DNA of 64,000 nucleotides from the IMG/VR virus record IMGVR_UViG_3300020419_000005; one strand, 5' to 3'. Made by a program: the position numbers and the translations under genes. Below the pieces are notes generated by a model. It made no database searches, had not been told where the DNA came from, and saw only the letters and a list, made by a program, of their open reading frames with translations. Numbering within the stretch: position 1 is the stretch's first letter; each line of letters begins with the position of its first letter. The DNA is from a virus. This document shows positions 14,985 through 24,723 of this stretch, piece after piece.

Positions 14985-15703
14985 AATAATGGAATGAGTG
15001 AGAATTGATCGTCAGGTAGTGTTGACTGGGTTATAATATCGAACCCTAAAGTAATCCTATCGCCTTCATAATCGTTGTTAACTACGACTTTGTGCATCCT
15101 TGAAAACCCAGGCCCCAAGTATATATTTCCAATTTGATTGTGTATATTATAATCATATGAACCCTCTGGTAAATACTCTCTGAATTTTGTTATTGAGTCT
15201 TTTGGGTCAATACTAATATACCCGTGCCACGGGAAATGATGATCGTGCCAATCTAATACTTGATCTGGTTTATGGAAATTCATCCAACATTGTATCCATA
15301 GTGGGTCATCAGGGTTCACACCAAAGTTACTTAAGTGTTTCCTCGTGATTGCACTAATTTCTTTTAATAGATGATAGAACAACGGACTAGGTGAAGTTAG
15401 ATTGAATACATTATAAAATCTATATCCACTTAGGTCTCCCGATTTCATATCTTGTAGTTGTTTCATATCTTCCTCTCGTGCATCTACCTGAGAAAATAAA
15501 TCTGGTAGTGCATCAAGTGTCAATCCATCATTCTTTAATGATGAATCAAACCCTGTAAAAGTATTCTTGAATAGACGATATGCTCTACCAAGTTGTACTT
15601 TCATTTCCTCTGATTCATTAGATACAACGTCTGATTTACAAACTACCCAATCCTCGCCAGAGTCAATTAAATTTGGTTCGTAGTTACGCATTTGAGTAAG
15701 CAT
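14981..15703 (-). CDS. 2OG-Fe(II) oxygenase-fold protein
   Basis: WMNFH..WHDH..HGYISI..HKVV..RITLGFD. Confidence 0.75.
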   Translation of the reverse strand: MLTQMRNYEPNLIDSGEDWVVCKSDVVSNESEEMKVQLGRAYRLFKNTFTGFDSSLKNDGLTLDALPDLFSQVDAREEDMKQLQDMKSGDLSGYRFYNVFNLTSPSPLFYHLLKEISAITRKHLSNFGVNPDDPLWIQCWMNFHKPDQVLDWHDHHFPWHGYISIDPKDSITKFREYLPEGSYDYNIHNQIGNIYLGPGFSRMHKVVVNNDYEGDRITLGFDIITQSTLPDDQFSLIPLL

Positions 15704-16331
15704 TTTGTGGTATGGGATTCTTTGATATGTTTATATTTACTACTGGTCTCCACGTCTTGTTTGGAGTTGTTGATGCGTGGAATAGATCTCCTTTAAATGC
15801 TACTGCTCTACCCTTTTTAGGACTAACTCTAGTCATTTCTGTGAAGTTATCCTCTTTTAAGTATTTGTTGTAGTCATAATCATTTAGTGTCCTCTCATTG
15901 TAGATTACTGTATCTCCATCAGAGTCATCTAAGTAATAGATTACATTCCAACTGTCTGGAACATATGAATCAATGTGTGGTAACTGAGTAACATTCTGGA
16001 ACATAGCGGGAACACAATTAACTCTCATTCTCATTAAATTATATGCACTAATATAATCCATAACATTAAGTGCCATAGGAACAAATGCGTTACTTAGTGG
16101 GGATAAGTTTCCACCTTTATCACACTCATACATATAATGAAAATTACAGAACCCATTTCTGGGGTCTGCTGAGTTAGCATCCATAATTGCTGAGTCTTTT
16201 CTGTGCCACATCAGGTTGTCGTCTTTAATTAAAGATAATAACCACTCTTGATATGTTAATGATATAAAATCATCAAGAATCACATAATTTGAGTCGATTG
16301 CAGTTATGGGGTCACTCTTAACGTTAGTCAT
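15684..16331 (-). CDS. 2OG-Fe(II) oxygenase
   Basis: PHID..IYYLDDSDGDT..PKKGRAVAFKGDLFHAS..RPVVNIN. Confidence 0.85.
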   Translation of the reverse strand: MTNVKSDPITAIDSNYVILDDFISLTYQEWLLSLIKDDNLMWHRKDSAIMDANSADPRNGFCNFHYMYECDKGGNLSPLSNAFVPMALNVMDYISAYNLMRMRVNCVPAMFQNVTQLPHIDSYVPDSWNVIYYLDDSDGDTVIYNERTLNDYDYNKYLKEDNFTEMTRVSPKKGRAVAFKGDLFHASTTPNKTWRPVVNINISKNPIPQNAYSNA

Positions 16332-16563
16332 CGAGATCATCTTCATCCTCCCCTCTGAAAACTAATAATTCATCACCGTTTTTCACCTCTTGCATTTCGG
16401 GGTGTGATGTTCTGTATGGTTTCATAGCGTCACCATAACTGTTAGTAGGTGATCTATCCATTTCTTTTAATGTTGCTGTCATCATCTTAAACATAAATGC
16501 AAAGGTCATTCCAAATAGTGCAACAAAGAAACACAAATAAATGAATACTGTGATTTCGTTCAT
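16324..16563 (-). CDS. DUF2973-like membrane protein
   Basis: N-terminal TM helix, HPEM..GDELLVF motif. Confidence 0.7.
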   Translation of the reverse strand: MNEITVFIYLCFFVALFGMTFAFMFKMMTATLKEMDRSPTNSYGDAMKPYRTSHPEMQEVKNGDELLVFRGEDEDDLDD

Positions 16564-16643
16564 TTCTTAATGTTCTCCCATTGAATAATGAGAAATAATC
16601 CTAGTGTTACCCAAAACACTACTTCTAGTCCATAGTTACTCAT
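16560..16643 (-). CDS. 27-aa membrane micropeptide
   Basis: Manual: MSNYGLEVVFWVTLGLFLIIQWENIKK; ATGA coupling at both ends. Confidence 0.6.
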   Translation of the reverse strand: MSNYGLEVVFWVTLGLFLIIQWENIKK

Positions 16644-17371
16644 AATAGTTCCTCGATTGCTTCGTCATCTTCATCAAGACCCTCTCCAGTATTGTTTTCA
16701 CACTTACCGTAGTATGGATCGTGATTTTGTCGTGATTGTTCATTTCTTACTAAATCACTTGCTGCTTCCCACGGAGAAGCAAGCATAGGTCTGCCATCCC
16801 ATTTTCTGTCAGCATATTGTCCGTTCTTATCTACATAAGAAACGAAACATTGTATCTGTTCTTTGTTTCCTTCATAGTTAGGTCTCCAATGTAAATCTTC
16901 GTGTCCTTTAAAGATTACGGAATCACCTGTTTCCAGAAACAATTCGTGTTGTTCACCTTTTACATCTATAAAGAATGACCATTTATATTGTGGGTCTGCT
17001 GTAACACATATGTTACCTACCCACTCCCCAGAAGTCCTATCTCTATGCTGATAACACTCTGTATTCTTTACATATAATCTACCATAACTAAATGTTTGCC
17101 ATAATTGTTTTTCAATTAATGACTCAACAAATGGTTTATGATACTGTCCTAATGCTTCAAAACATACAGGGCAATACATACTAAATGCCCCTGGCATTGT
17201 GGGGTCTCCCATTGGCATATCAGGGTATTGGAACTGTACAACATCTTTAATCATATGATATTCAAGTGCTGTATGTTCACATAATTCTTTTGGAACTGCA
17301 CTACGGGCAACAAAAAGACGATCCTCTACTAGAACCTCAACTGCTACTCCTTCGTGATTAATTGTTCTCAT
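16640..17371 (-). CDS. 2OG-Fe(II) oxygenase
   Basis: TFSYGRLY..HRDR..GDSVIFKG..HWR..Q.F..YVD. Confidence 0.8.
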   Translation of the reverse strand: MRTINHEGVAVEVLVEDRLFVARSAVPKELCEHTALEYHMIKDVVQFQYPDMPMGDPTMPGAFSMYCPVCFEALGQYHKPFVESLIEKQLWQTFSYGRLYVKNTECYQHRDRTSGEWVGNICVTADPQYKWSFFIDVKGEQHELFLETGDSVIFKGHEDLHWRPNYEGNKEQIQCFVSYVDKNGQYADRKWDGRPMLASPWEAASDLVRNEQSRQNHDPYYGKCENNTGEGLDEDDEAIEELL

Positions 17372-17997
17372 AATACTTTACCAAAAAATACTAATGTTAA
17401 TCGACCTGTGTTGATGTCCGTTCCAAAGTAATTACCACCTGAGTGATACTTTCTACCATCAAATATAATGCAACGATTAAAACGTGCTTCGACTGAAGTA
17501 TTAGGAATGAAATGTTTATTACAGTCCAATCTTAATTTGTTTAACCGTTTTCTCAATTCAACATCATCTGTAGTTACATTTGATTTGAATTCTTTTTCGT
17601 AATTGATACTGTCATCATTACTGGGTACATCATATAATATTGTACCACATCCCTGTGGATTTGTCTCGTTTAAATATATCAAACCACCGATACCATAATC
17701 GTCATCATCCCTATGTATCCACCCCGATTCATAATCCTCTGTGCATATATGGAATGTTGCATCTAATTTCTCAAAGTATGATGCGTGTGGTATATACTGA
17801 ATTAATTTTTGTGCTAACTTCTGATGAAAACGATAATCATTTTCGTGTAGTAATGGAGTTGCTCTTGTACCTGACCAATAACCACCTGACGGATGTTTGG
17901 CAGCAGGTAAATAATTTAATTTCAATGCCCAATCTCTTACGAGTGTGGGTGTCTCGAAGAAATCATCTATAACTGTTGTAGGATAATTATATGACAT
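17368..17997 (-). CDS. 2OG-Fe(II) oxygenase (DUF6445-like)
   Basis: VIDDFFETP..GWIHRD..GLIYLN..GT..FNRCIIFDG..YHS..RLTLVFF. Confidence 0.85.
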   Translation of the reverse strand: MSYNYPTTVIDDFFETPTLVRDWALKLNYLPAAKHPSGGYWSGTRATPLLHENDYRFHQKLAQKLIQYIPHASYFEKLDATFHICTEDYESGWIHRDDDDYGIGGLIYLNETNPQGCGTILYDVPSNDDSINYEKEFKSNVTTDDVELRKRLNKLRLDCNKHFIPNTSVEARFNRCIIFDGRKYHSGGNYFGTDINTGRLTLVFFGKVL

Positions 17998-18523
17998 AGT
18001 TAAAATTTAAAACCAACCTGTGTGAGTTTTCTCTAGGGCAACTGGATGAATGATATGTCAGACCGTCAAAAGTTACGATCCTACCTTTTTTAGGTGTCAC
18101 CTTTTTAATTATATTGCCATCATTATCAAAGAAATATGTATCACCATCACTATCATTTACATAGTATAGTGTTGTGGTATGTGGCATATCTGCATCAACG
18201 TGTGCGTGATTATAACCCATATTTGTTTGTAATAACAGTCCACCTTTTGCTCTTAACAACTGATGATTTGGATTATCTACTATAGTTAGAAACAATGGAA
18301 ATAAAAAATCCCAATAACGTGATTCGTGTTCGTTTTGTTTATCATAAAATAAATGTGCAAATCCAGTAGTTCCTGTTGCATTTGCATTTATATTCTTTGC
18401 TACATCCTGTTCTCTGTATGTGACATCCTGTAAAAATGTCCACGGGAATACCGTGTTAGTCATCATACTGTAAATTCTGTCCTGATATAACTCAGGTATT
18501 ATGTCATCTTTAATCGCAATCAT
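17987..18523 (-). CDS. 2OG-Fe(II) oxygenase
   Basis: AHVD..LYYVNDSDGDT..PKKGRIVTFDG..HSS..RLVLNFN. Confidence 0.85.
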   Translation of the reverse strand: MIAIKDDIIPELYQDRIYSMMTNTVFPWTFLQDVTYREQDVAKNINANATGTTGFAHLFYDKQNEHESRYWDFLFPLFLTIVDNPNHQLLRAKGGLLLQTNMGYNHAHVDADMPHTTTLYYVNDSDGDTYFFDNDGNIIKKVTPKKGRIVTFDGLTYHSSSCPRENSHRLVLNFNYVI

Positions 18524-19109
18524 AATTAATAGTTAGACAAACTCTATCTTCATCAGTTTGGTTAACCTGTGTCCTATGTTTTAACCACCCTGGAAATACT
18601 ATTATATCATTTGTTTCTACTTTTATCTCTTTCCATAAAGACATTTGAGGTTCCCCTGGACTTCCCCATCTGTGGTATTCCAACGGGTCTCGGTACTCAA
18701 AGTTTCCACCTTTATCAGGTGCTTTTAAATAACAACTAACAACCATAGGGCATTGATTATGATAATGTTCCATAGTCTTTCCCGTTTTTTTATGTACGTT
18801 CACCCAAGAACGAACGGGTTTTGTTATCTTGTTACTGTATCCCCAATGTGTCCATATCTCTTGCAATTTTGGTTGTAAAAATACAAGTAAGTCCTCTAAC
18901 ACTTCCCAATTATGTGGGGAATGTTCTTGATTATATACTGTGGAAAATGATGCACCAGTTTCTAATGCTGATCCAGTTCCATAGTTCTGTAGAGTATGGT
19001 CTATCAGTTTACCGATATGTTCTTGTAGAGACTCTCCTTCGTATGCAAACTCGTATTTGAGTTTCCATAACCAATGAACCTCATCTAATGGTTCAAGATG
19101 ATGATCCAC
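18510..19109 (-). CDS. 2OG-Fe(II) oxygenase (TIGR02466-like)
   Basis: SWVN..HYH..SCYL..IIVFPGWLKH..RVCLTIN. Confidence 0.85.
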   Translation of the reverse strand: MDHHLEPLDEVHWLWKLKYEFAYEGESLQEHIGKLIDHTLQNYGTGSALETGASFSTVYNQEHSPHNWEVLEDLLVFLQPKLQEIWTHWGYSNKITKPVRSWVNVHKKTGKTMEHYHNQCPMVVSCYLKAPDKGGNFEYRDPLEYHRWGSPGEPQMSLWKEIKVETNDIIVFPGWLKHRTQVNQTDEDRVCLTINYDCD

Positions 19110-19401
19110 CTATAATCTCCATTTCTTCATTTCCTCCACCACCTTCGACCTCAAGGTTGTTTGGAATAGAAACTTCACTATCATCACCAAGAACATCACG
19201 TTTACATATTAATAAGGCATCAATAGCACCTTCTAATTGTGATTTTTTCTTGATTGCTTGAGATCTTTTTTCAAACTCAATAGTTGTTACACCATATGGG
19301 TTTAATTTTTTGTCAGCAAATTCTGTATCATAAGATTCAATCTCAGTATCTACCTGTTGCTGTTGCAGGTAAAAGTTTTGGATTAGTTCATCAATAGTCA
19401 T
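19093..19401 (-). CDS. hypothetical protein
   Basis: ORF track. Confidence 0.7.
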   Translation of the reverse strand: MTIDELIQNFYLQQQQVDTEIESYDTEFADKKLNPYGVTTIEFEKRSQAIKKKSQLEGAIDALLICKRDVLGDDSEVSIPNNLEVEGGGGNEEMEIIGGSSS

Positions 19402-20210
19402 TTCTTTTTGTGGTAATTGATTGCTTTCATAGCACGAGAAATACGACCTTGAACATTGTCGTGTATCATATACTCGGCATTGATTGAGTAATTAAAAGCG
19501 TGTTCTAAATCCCAATCTTTATCAGTCGCATTATCGACTGACATATCATACCACCCTTTCTCTAAGTAAATACGTGGTATAGGTATATATTGTGCCAAAG
19601 GAGTACCCGCTTTCACAAGTGTTCCATCTTTGCCACTATCCATAACGTGCCATTGTAATTGCACGTTGACTTGCATAGCATATCTAGGATCAAAGATCCC
19701 AGTTACAGCAGTAAAACGATCTTCATTATTCCAATGAACGTGTTGTTGTAATAGAACAACATCATCACTAGATGTCAGTCGCCAAGGTGTTTCCACCTTT
19801 ATGATATGTGCAAGTGTATCTCGTGGACTGTCAATGAGTGGTATGACCTGTTCTGGTGCGTGATTACTAATGTAATTAGTGTGTCTTGAGAATCTGCCAG
19901 GGGTCTCCCAAGTAAAAGATGCACCATCACCATTTGTGATAATATGGAAATCCATAGGTGCAACAACTACCCATCCCATTCTCGCAATCTGCTTGATACC
20001 AGGGCAGTTTGAACTATTTTGTGTTCCTTGAAACGGGCATTTCTTGTCCTTTGTTTCTTTTTCTTGCCAAGCACGTTTAATCTTAGATGTTGGCATAACT
20101 GGATAACATTCTGCTAATCCAGGCTCTAGACTGTGAAACCTGACCCAAGGTTTTGGTTCTTTTTTCTTTTTCTTTTTAAATAAGTTCAGCACGTAATTCA
20201 TCTCCTCCAT
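19398..20210 (-). CDS. hypothetical protein (dUTPase-like beta fold / DUF6065-like)
   Basis: CPGI..GWVVVAP..K..TPW..VKAGTPLAQYIP. Confidence 0.5.
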   Translation of the reverse strand: MEEMNYVLNLFKKKKKKEPKPWVRFHSLEPGLAECYPVMPTSKIKRAWQEKETKDKKCPFQGTQNSSNCPGIKQIARMGWVVVAPMDFHIITNGDGASFTWETPGRFSRHTNYISNHAPEQVIPLIDSPRDTLAHIIKVETPWRLTSSDDVVLLQQHVHWNNEDRFTAVTGIFDPRYAMQVNVQLQWHVMDSGKDGTLVKAGTPLAQYIPIPRIYLEKGWYDMSVDNATDKDWDLEHAFNYSINAEYMIHDNVQGRISRAMKAINYHKKK

Positions 20211-21816
20211 AAATGTAGTCTCTCAAGTATTCATAATGTGTAGGGCAGTCATCACTTTCAACAAAGTCGTTAACTTCCTTTGCATATTTGAGATGAGCGT
20301 TCTCTATAAATGTAAACTCATCAGAATCACGTTCAGTCAACCAATCTCGACCTAACATCATTCCTTGACCTGCTGCTATGTAGTTCATACCGTTCATATT
20401 CACATCCATAGTTTGATCTAAATCTAATGATGATCCAAGTCTTTCGTAGTTATCATTGACTCTGACTATACCATCAAACTGTTCTACTATATACTCGTTT
20501 CTTTGTGAACACCACCTCCAATAAGGATTGTCTGTTCTCATTGATAGAGCATAGTGCATAGCAACAAACTTACTAAATCCAATTACTTCACGTTGTGCAG
20601 CGTAGTTGTACCAGTTTCTTTCTATTTGTGTTACATATCCTTTTCTTCTTGCTAATACATCAACCAGTCTGAGTATATTTTCGTGTGTTGTTAACAGTCC
20701 CGTTGACTCTAATGGTTCAACAAATCCGTATGACAGTCCTATACCAACCACATTTAAGTTCCACGCTTTTTCGTGATACCCGTGTTTTATATCAATAGTT
20801 CCAACTTCATATTTGTCAGGAGGTACATTATATCTTTCTTCTATCCACGTTTCAAACTCTGTCCTAGTCTCTGTTTCCATTGCAAAACGTGATGACCAAC
20901 AATATCCAACACCAATTCTATTCCATAATGGTATTGACCACATCCACCCGTTGTCCGCTGCTTTACAGTCAGTTACGTTGTGCATATCTTTTTCTCTGTC
21001 CTCTTGAGTTAGATATGGTATGCGTGCAAAAAATGCTTTATCGTTTGCTAAATCTGGGAATTTAAGGAACCTAGTACCCATATATTCTTCTAATAGGACT
21101 GACTTGAACCCTGTACAGTCAATAAACAAGTCTCCAACTACACCTACAGTCCTCTTATCTTCATTTAATCTGACTGCTAACTGTTTAATATATCTGTTTG
21201 AGACTGCGGGTGAACCACCTGCATTTATATCTTTTACCGATCCCCTGACTTCACCTCTAATATGTGTAAATCTATCATCAAAGTTATCACAATACTCATC
21301 CCTTAGATACTCTGCAAACTTTTCAGCATCTAAATGATATGCAACGTCAGTTAACCAATTAAAGTTTCTCCATCTATTATCTTTATTATCCCATTGCTTA
21401 TTATGTTTTACTAATGCACAATTTTCTTTATTAAAGAACTCTGCAAACGACTCTGGAGGATATTCTTCTGGGTTCATCCTTGCAAGATCAAACCAATCTT
21501 TCATACCTTCTATAGTATCAGCATAATCAAACTTACCAAATGGATATTGAAATACTGTTCCTTTCTCTCTAAAATCTGTAAACTGAATACTGTTCTTATA
21601 TGTTGCATTACACTTAGGCATCCAATCCTTATCTTCTAGACCTAGTGCTTTTAAATACTTATTAAAGTGTCCTAATGTAGATTCTCCTACACCAACTGTA
21701 GGTTTATCTGATTCAATAAGAATTACATTTGTCCACGGGCATAATTTTAGCAATGCAGCAGCAGTCATCCAACCTGATGAACCACCACCTACAATAACAA
21801 CGTTTTCAACTTTCAT
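20176..21816 (-). CDS. prnA: flavin-dependent halogenase (PrnA/VirX1-like)
   Basis: GGGSSG, GVGEST, ATYK (catalytic Lys), FIDCTGF, GWMWSIP, GFVEPLESTGL. Confidence 0.9.
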   Translation of the reverse strand: MKVENVVIVGGGSSGWMTAAALLKLCPWTNVILIESDKPTVGVGESTLGHFNKYLKALGLEDKDWMPKCNATYKNSIQFTDFREKGTVFQYPFGKFDYADTIEGMKDWFDLARMNPEEYPPESFAEFFNKENCALVKHNKQWDNKDNRWRNFNWLTDVAYHLDAEKFAEYLRDEYCDNFDDRFTHIRGEVRGSVKDINAGGSPAVSNRYIKQLAVRLNEDKRTVGVVGDLFIDCTGFKSVLLEEYMGTRFLKFPDLANDKAFFARIPYLTQEDREKDMHNVTDCKAADNGWMWSIPLWNRIGVGYCWSSRFAMETETRTEFETWIEERYNVPPDKYEVGTIDIKHGYHEKAWNLNVVGIGLSYGFVEPLESTGLLTTHENILRLVDVLARRKGYVTQIERNWYNYAAQREVIGFSKFVAMHYALSMRTDNPYWRWCSQRNEYIVEQFDGIVRVNDNYERLGSSLDLDQTMDVNMNGMNYIAAGQGMMLGRDWLTERDSDEFTFIENAHLKYAKEVNDFVESDDCPTHYEYLRDYIYGGDELRAELI

Positions 21817-21819
21817 TAA

Positions 21820-23304
21820 TTAATTCCCTTGTTCATTATATAGGTGTTTTTTATAGTATTCGTATGGGTTCGGGTATCTTCCCAAAGTCTGATCCATAAA
21901 GGTTCTTCTTAGGATCGGTTCTTCAAAATCTGGTATCTGATAACCATTTCTTGTAGATAACATTTCATAATGTTCTGGCATTATATCATATTCATAACCT
22001 CCTAGCAAGTATGCTTCACCCTCTGAAATACAGTTGATTGCTTGTATTTCCTCCCAATCACGTGTAAGTAAATTAGGAAACTCACCGTTAGAATCCATAC
22101 TTGTATAATGTTTCCAAAATGGTGTATCATCCCGATACCCCATAGTATAGTGTTTAACAACAAAATCTCTAAATGATGTGAATTTACTATTTACTGAATA
22201 GTTAAACTGCTCACGTTGAAATCCATTCCATTGATTAGATGCTGTAGGTAACACTTGTATGAGTTTAAATAGGAATTCGTGTACTGAATATAGTCCTCCA
22301 GACTCTAATGGTTCTATAAAACCTGCACTTAAACCAATACTTACTACATTATGTGACCAGACTTTCTCTCTAATCCCTGTTGGCCACTTGAGTAACCTAA
22401 ACATATTCTCTGGTATATCTACTCCTAAATGCTCTTTAAACTCTACAAGTGCATCTTCATCCGTGATGTATTGTGAGCAAAAATTATATCCTGTCCCTAT
22501 TCTTTCCCACGTTGGTACTTTCCATACCCATCCTGCACTCAATCCAGTGCATTCTGTATATGGTTTCATTTCTGTTTTCTTATCTGTATATGGTTTTCTT
22601 ACTGCCCAAGTTGAATCATTTTTTAATAGGGTACTCCAATCGTTCCACTTAACGTTTAGATGGTTCATTAATAATGCACTGAAACCAGTACAATCTATGA
22701 AGAGATCACCATCAACGTACCGATCGTCACTGCCAAGGAAAACTCTGCTAACCCCATCCACGCAGGATTGAATGTCAGTGACTTTACCTTTAATGTGTCT
22801 AACACCTTTAGGAATTGCATAATAGTTTTTGAGATAGTCTCCAAATAGTAGTGCGTCAACGTGATACCCAACAAATCTTTCCAAAAATGGAGGATATAGA
22901 CGGTTATCTTCAATAGGGTCGATTATATCTGAGAATACCCTACAAAAGGTCATACTGTCAATGTTTCTACCACGTCTCCAATTATAATACTCGGTCAGAG
23001 GTATATCCGTGCCTCTTGGACCAAATGGATAATGGAATGAACCGTTTGTGTTGAAGTCAGTAAACTTGACGCTATGTTTATATGTGGCATTACAAGGTGG
23101 CATCCAGTCTTCGTCTTTGAGACCGAGATACCGTATAAAGGTATTAAAAAACTGTGTCGTGCTTTCTCCGATTCCGATTCGTGGAATGTCTGCTTCGACA
23201 ACAGTTATTTCTTTACCAGTTCCTTCAAAATGTCTTGACAACATACTTGCTGTCATCCACCCTGCACTACCACCTCCGATAATGCAGATCCTATCTAACT
23301 TCAT
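21820..23304 (-). CDS. prnA: flavin-dependent halogenase (PrnA/VirX1-like)
   Basis: GGGSAG, GIGEST, ATYK, FIDCTGF, GWVWKVP, GFIEPLESGGL. Confidence 0.9.
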   Translation of the reverse strand: MKLDRICIIGGGSAGWMTASMLSRHFEGTGKEITVVEADIPRIGIGESTTQFFNTFIRYLGLKDEDWMPPCNATYKHSVKFTDFNTNGSFHYPFGPRGTDIPLTEYYNWRRGRNIDSMTFCRVFSDIIDPIEDNRLYPPFLERFVGYHVDALLFGDYLKNYYAIPKGVRHIKGKVTDIQSCVDGVSRVFLGSDDRYVDGDLFIDCTGFSALLMNHLNVKWNDWSTLLKNDSTWAVRKPYTDKKTEMKPYTECTGLSAGWVWKVPTWERIGTGYNFCSQYITDEDALVEFKEHLGVDIPENMFRLLKWPTGIREKVWSHNVVSIGLSAGFIEPLESGGLYSVHEFLFKLIQVLPTASNQWNGFQREQFNYSVNSKFTSFRDFVVKHYTMGYRDDTPFWKHYTSMDSNGEFPNLLTRDWEEIQAINCISEGEAYLLGGYEYDIMPEHYEMLSTRNGYQIPDFEEPILRRTFMDQTLGRYPNPYEYYKKHLYNEQGN

Positions 23305-23318
23305 ATGTCAGTAGTTTG

Positions 23319-23336
23319 TACTACTAATTATAACAC
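23319..23336 (-). promoter_or_regulatory. Extended -10 promoter of the halogenase/oxygenase operon
   Basis: GTGTTATAATTAGTAGTA; identical 18-mer at 63602-63619. Confidence 0.7.
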
Positions 23337-23342
23337 TTTTTC

Positions 23343-23870
23343 TTATACAGATCCAAGTTCATCATATGCACCACCCCAGTTGGAATATCTTTCCCAACAA
23401 GGTACATCTGGCGTTGATAATTTACAAGGTCTGTTGACACTTGGTTCAGCAGCATCACTCATAAACTCTGCTATTTCCTCTTCTGTCATTGTGGGGTCCA
23501 TCATTTCATCAACTGATGAAGGTGATGTAGTTGCTGCCTTGACTCCCTTGATATGGTTAAACCACGTTGCATCTGATGCACCTAAGTCTTTACCTGCCAG
23601 TATGTCTTTGTAGAGCATATCTAATTGCTCTCCAATTTCACCATACGCTACAATTCTTGCAGTTGCAGGGTCTGTATATGATTCTGTTCTTTCTATCCAT
23701 ACCATATCAGCAGCGGTAGGACTCCATTCTAGTGTCCACGCTTTTGTTATGTTGTCTGGTGCGTTTACCCACATTTGTGAACAACCTCTACCAAAGAATA
23801 GTGTGTATTCTTCCCCAGGTTCTACAATGTCAGCAACGTAACCAGTAGAATCCATTAATGCTTTTTTCAT
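23343..23870 (-). CDS. probable tail-fibre accessory/chaperone protein
   Basis: R..AYGEIGEQLDMLYKDI..W..HIKGVK motif typical of fibre-associated proteins; follows the Gly-rich gene. Confidence 0.6.
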   Translation of the reverse strand: MKKALMDSTGYVADIVEPGEEYTLFFGRGCSQMWVNAPDNITKAWTLEWSPTAADMVWIERTESYTDPATARIVAYGEIGEQLDMLYKDILAGKDLGASDATWFNHIKGVKAATTSPSSVDEMMDPTMTEEEIAEFMSDAAEPSVNRPCKLSTPDVPCWERYSNWGGAYDELGSV

Positions 23871-23879
23871 AGTAATCTC

Positions 23880-24680
23880 CTACTTGTAGTTGATAACAGT
23901 AACAACACCATACTTACCATTGGAACCTCTGAATGAGTGGAAGTGTCCACCTGACCCACCTGCTCCGTATGCTGCGTGATCTTCGTGGTTATGTGAGAAG
24001 TTACCACCATTTGGCCAACCTCCTGATACAGCACCACCAAAGTGAGAAGAACCTCCGACTCCTCCACCACCACCGTGGTGTGATTGTCCTCCTCCACCCC
24101 AAACATTGAGGTCTCCACCAGAACCATTACGTCCTAGTCCACCTGAGTGTTGGTTATTTCTATTAGCACCGTGTCCACCACCTGCTGATAGATAAGGTCC
24201 GAATGATGATGAACCACCATCTCCACCGTGTCCGAAGTACCAAGTACCTCCTCCACCACCACCAACTGTAATACCAACTGATGATATGTTTACTACATTT
24301 AATACTCGTTCTGAATATCCACCTGACGCTCCTGATTCTCCGTGACCTGACGCTCCACCGCCACCACCTTGAACTCTGATATGTATGTATTTAACACCAC
24401 TTGGTCTGTTCCAAGTTCCGTTACCTGTCCATACTTGTAAGGATGAAATGTTTTCTGAACTAACATCTGTCCAACTCATTGTTGAACCGTTTGTAGTTAA
24501 GAATTTACCGTTTTGACCACTAACAGACGGTACGATCTGACTGGATGAACCAGACATCGTTCCGTTTATAGTGATATTGCTAACTGTCAAGTTTCCGTTA
24601 GCAGTGATGTTACCTGAAGCAAGTGAAAAACCACCAATGCCAGACAGGTCTTTAATAGATGCAACTTTTAGGGTACTCAT
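23880..24680 (-). CDS. glycine-rich tail fibre/adhesin
   Basis: MSTLKV N-terminus, GQNGKFLTTNGSTMSW repeat, GTWNRPSGVKYI..GGGGG Gly-rich domain; late promoter at 24705-24712. Confidence 0.75.
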   Translation of the reverse strand: MSTLKVASIKDLSGIGGFSLASGNITANGNLTVSNITINGTMSGSSSQIVPSVSGQNGKFLTTNGSTMSWTDVSSENISSLQVWTGNGTWNRPSGVKYIHIRVQGGGGGASGHGESGASGGYSERVLNVVNISSVGITVGGGGGGTWYFGHGGDGGSSSFGPYLSAGGGHGANRNNQHSGGLGRNGSGGDLNVWGGGGQSHHGGGGGVGGSSHFGGAVSGGWPNGGNFSHNHEDHAAYGAGGSGGHFHSFRGSNGKYGVVTVINYK

Positions 24681-24704
24681 TTTGCCTGTTAATTTTCCTA
24701 ATGT

Positions 24705-24712
24705 TATTTATA
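24705..24712 (-). promoter_or_regulatory. late promoter TATAAATA
   Basis: Exact match. Confidence 0.75.
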
Positions 24713-24723
24713 CCTTGAAGCGG

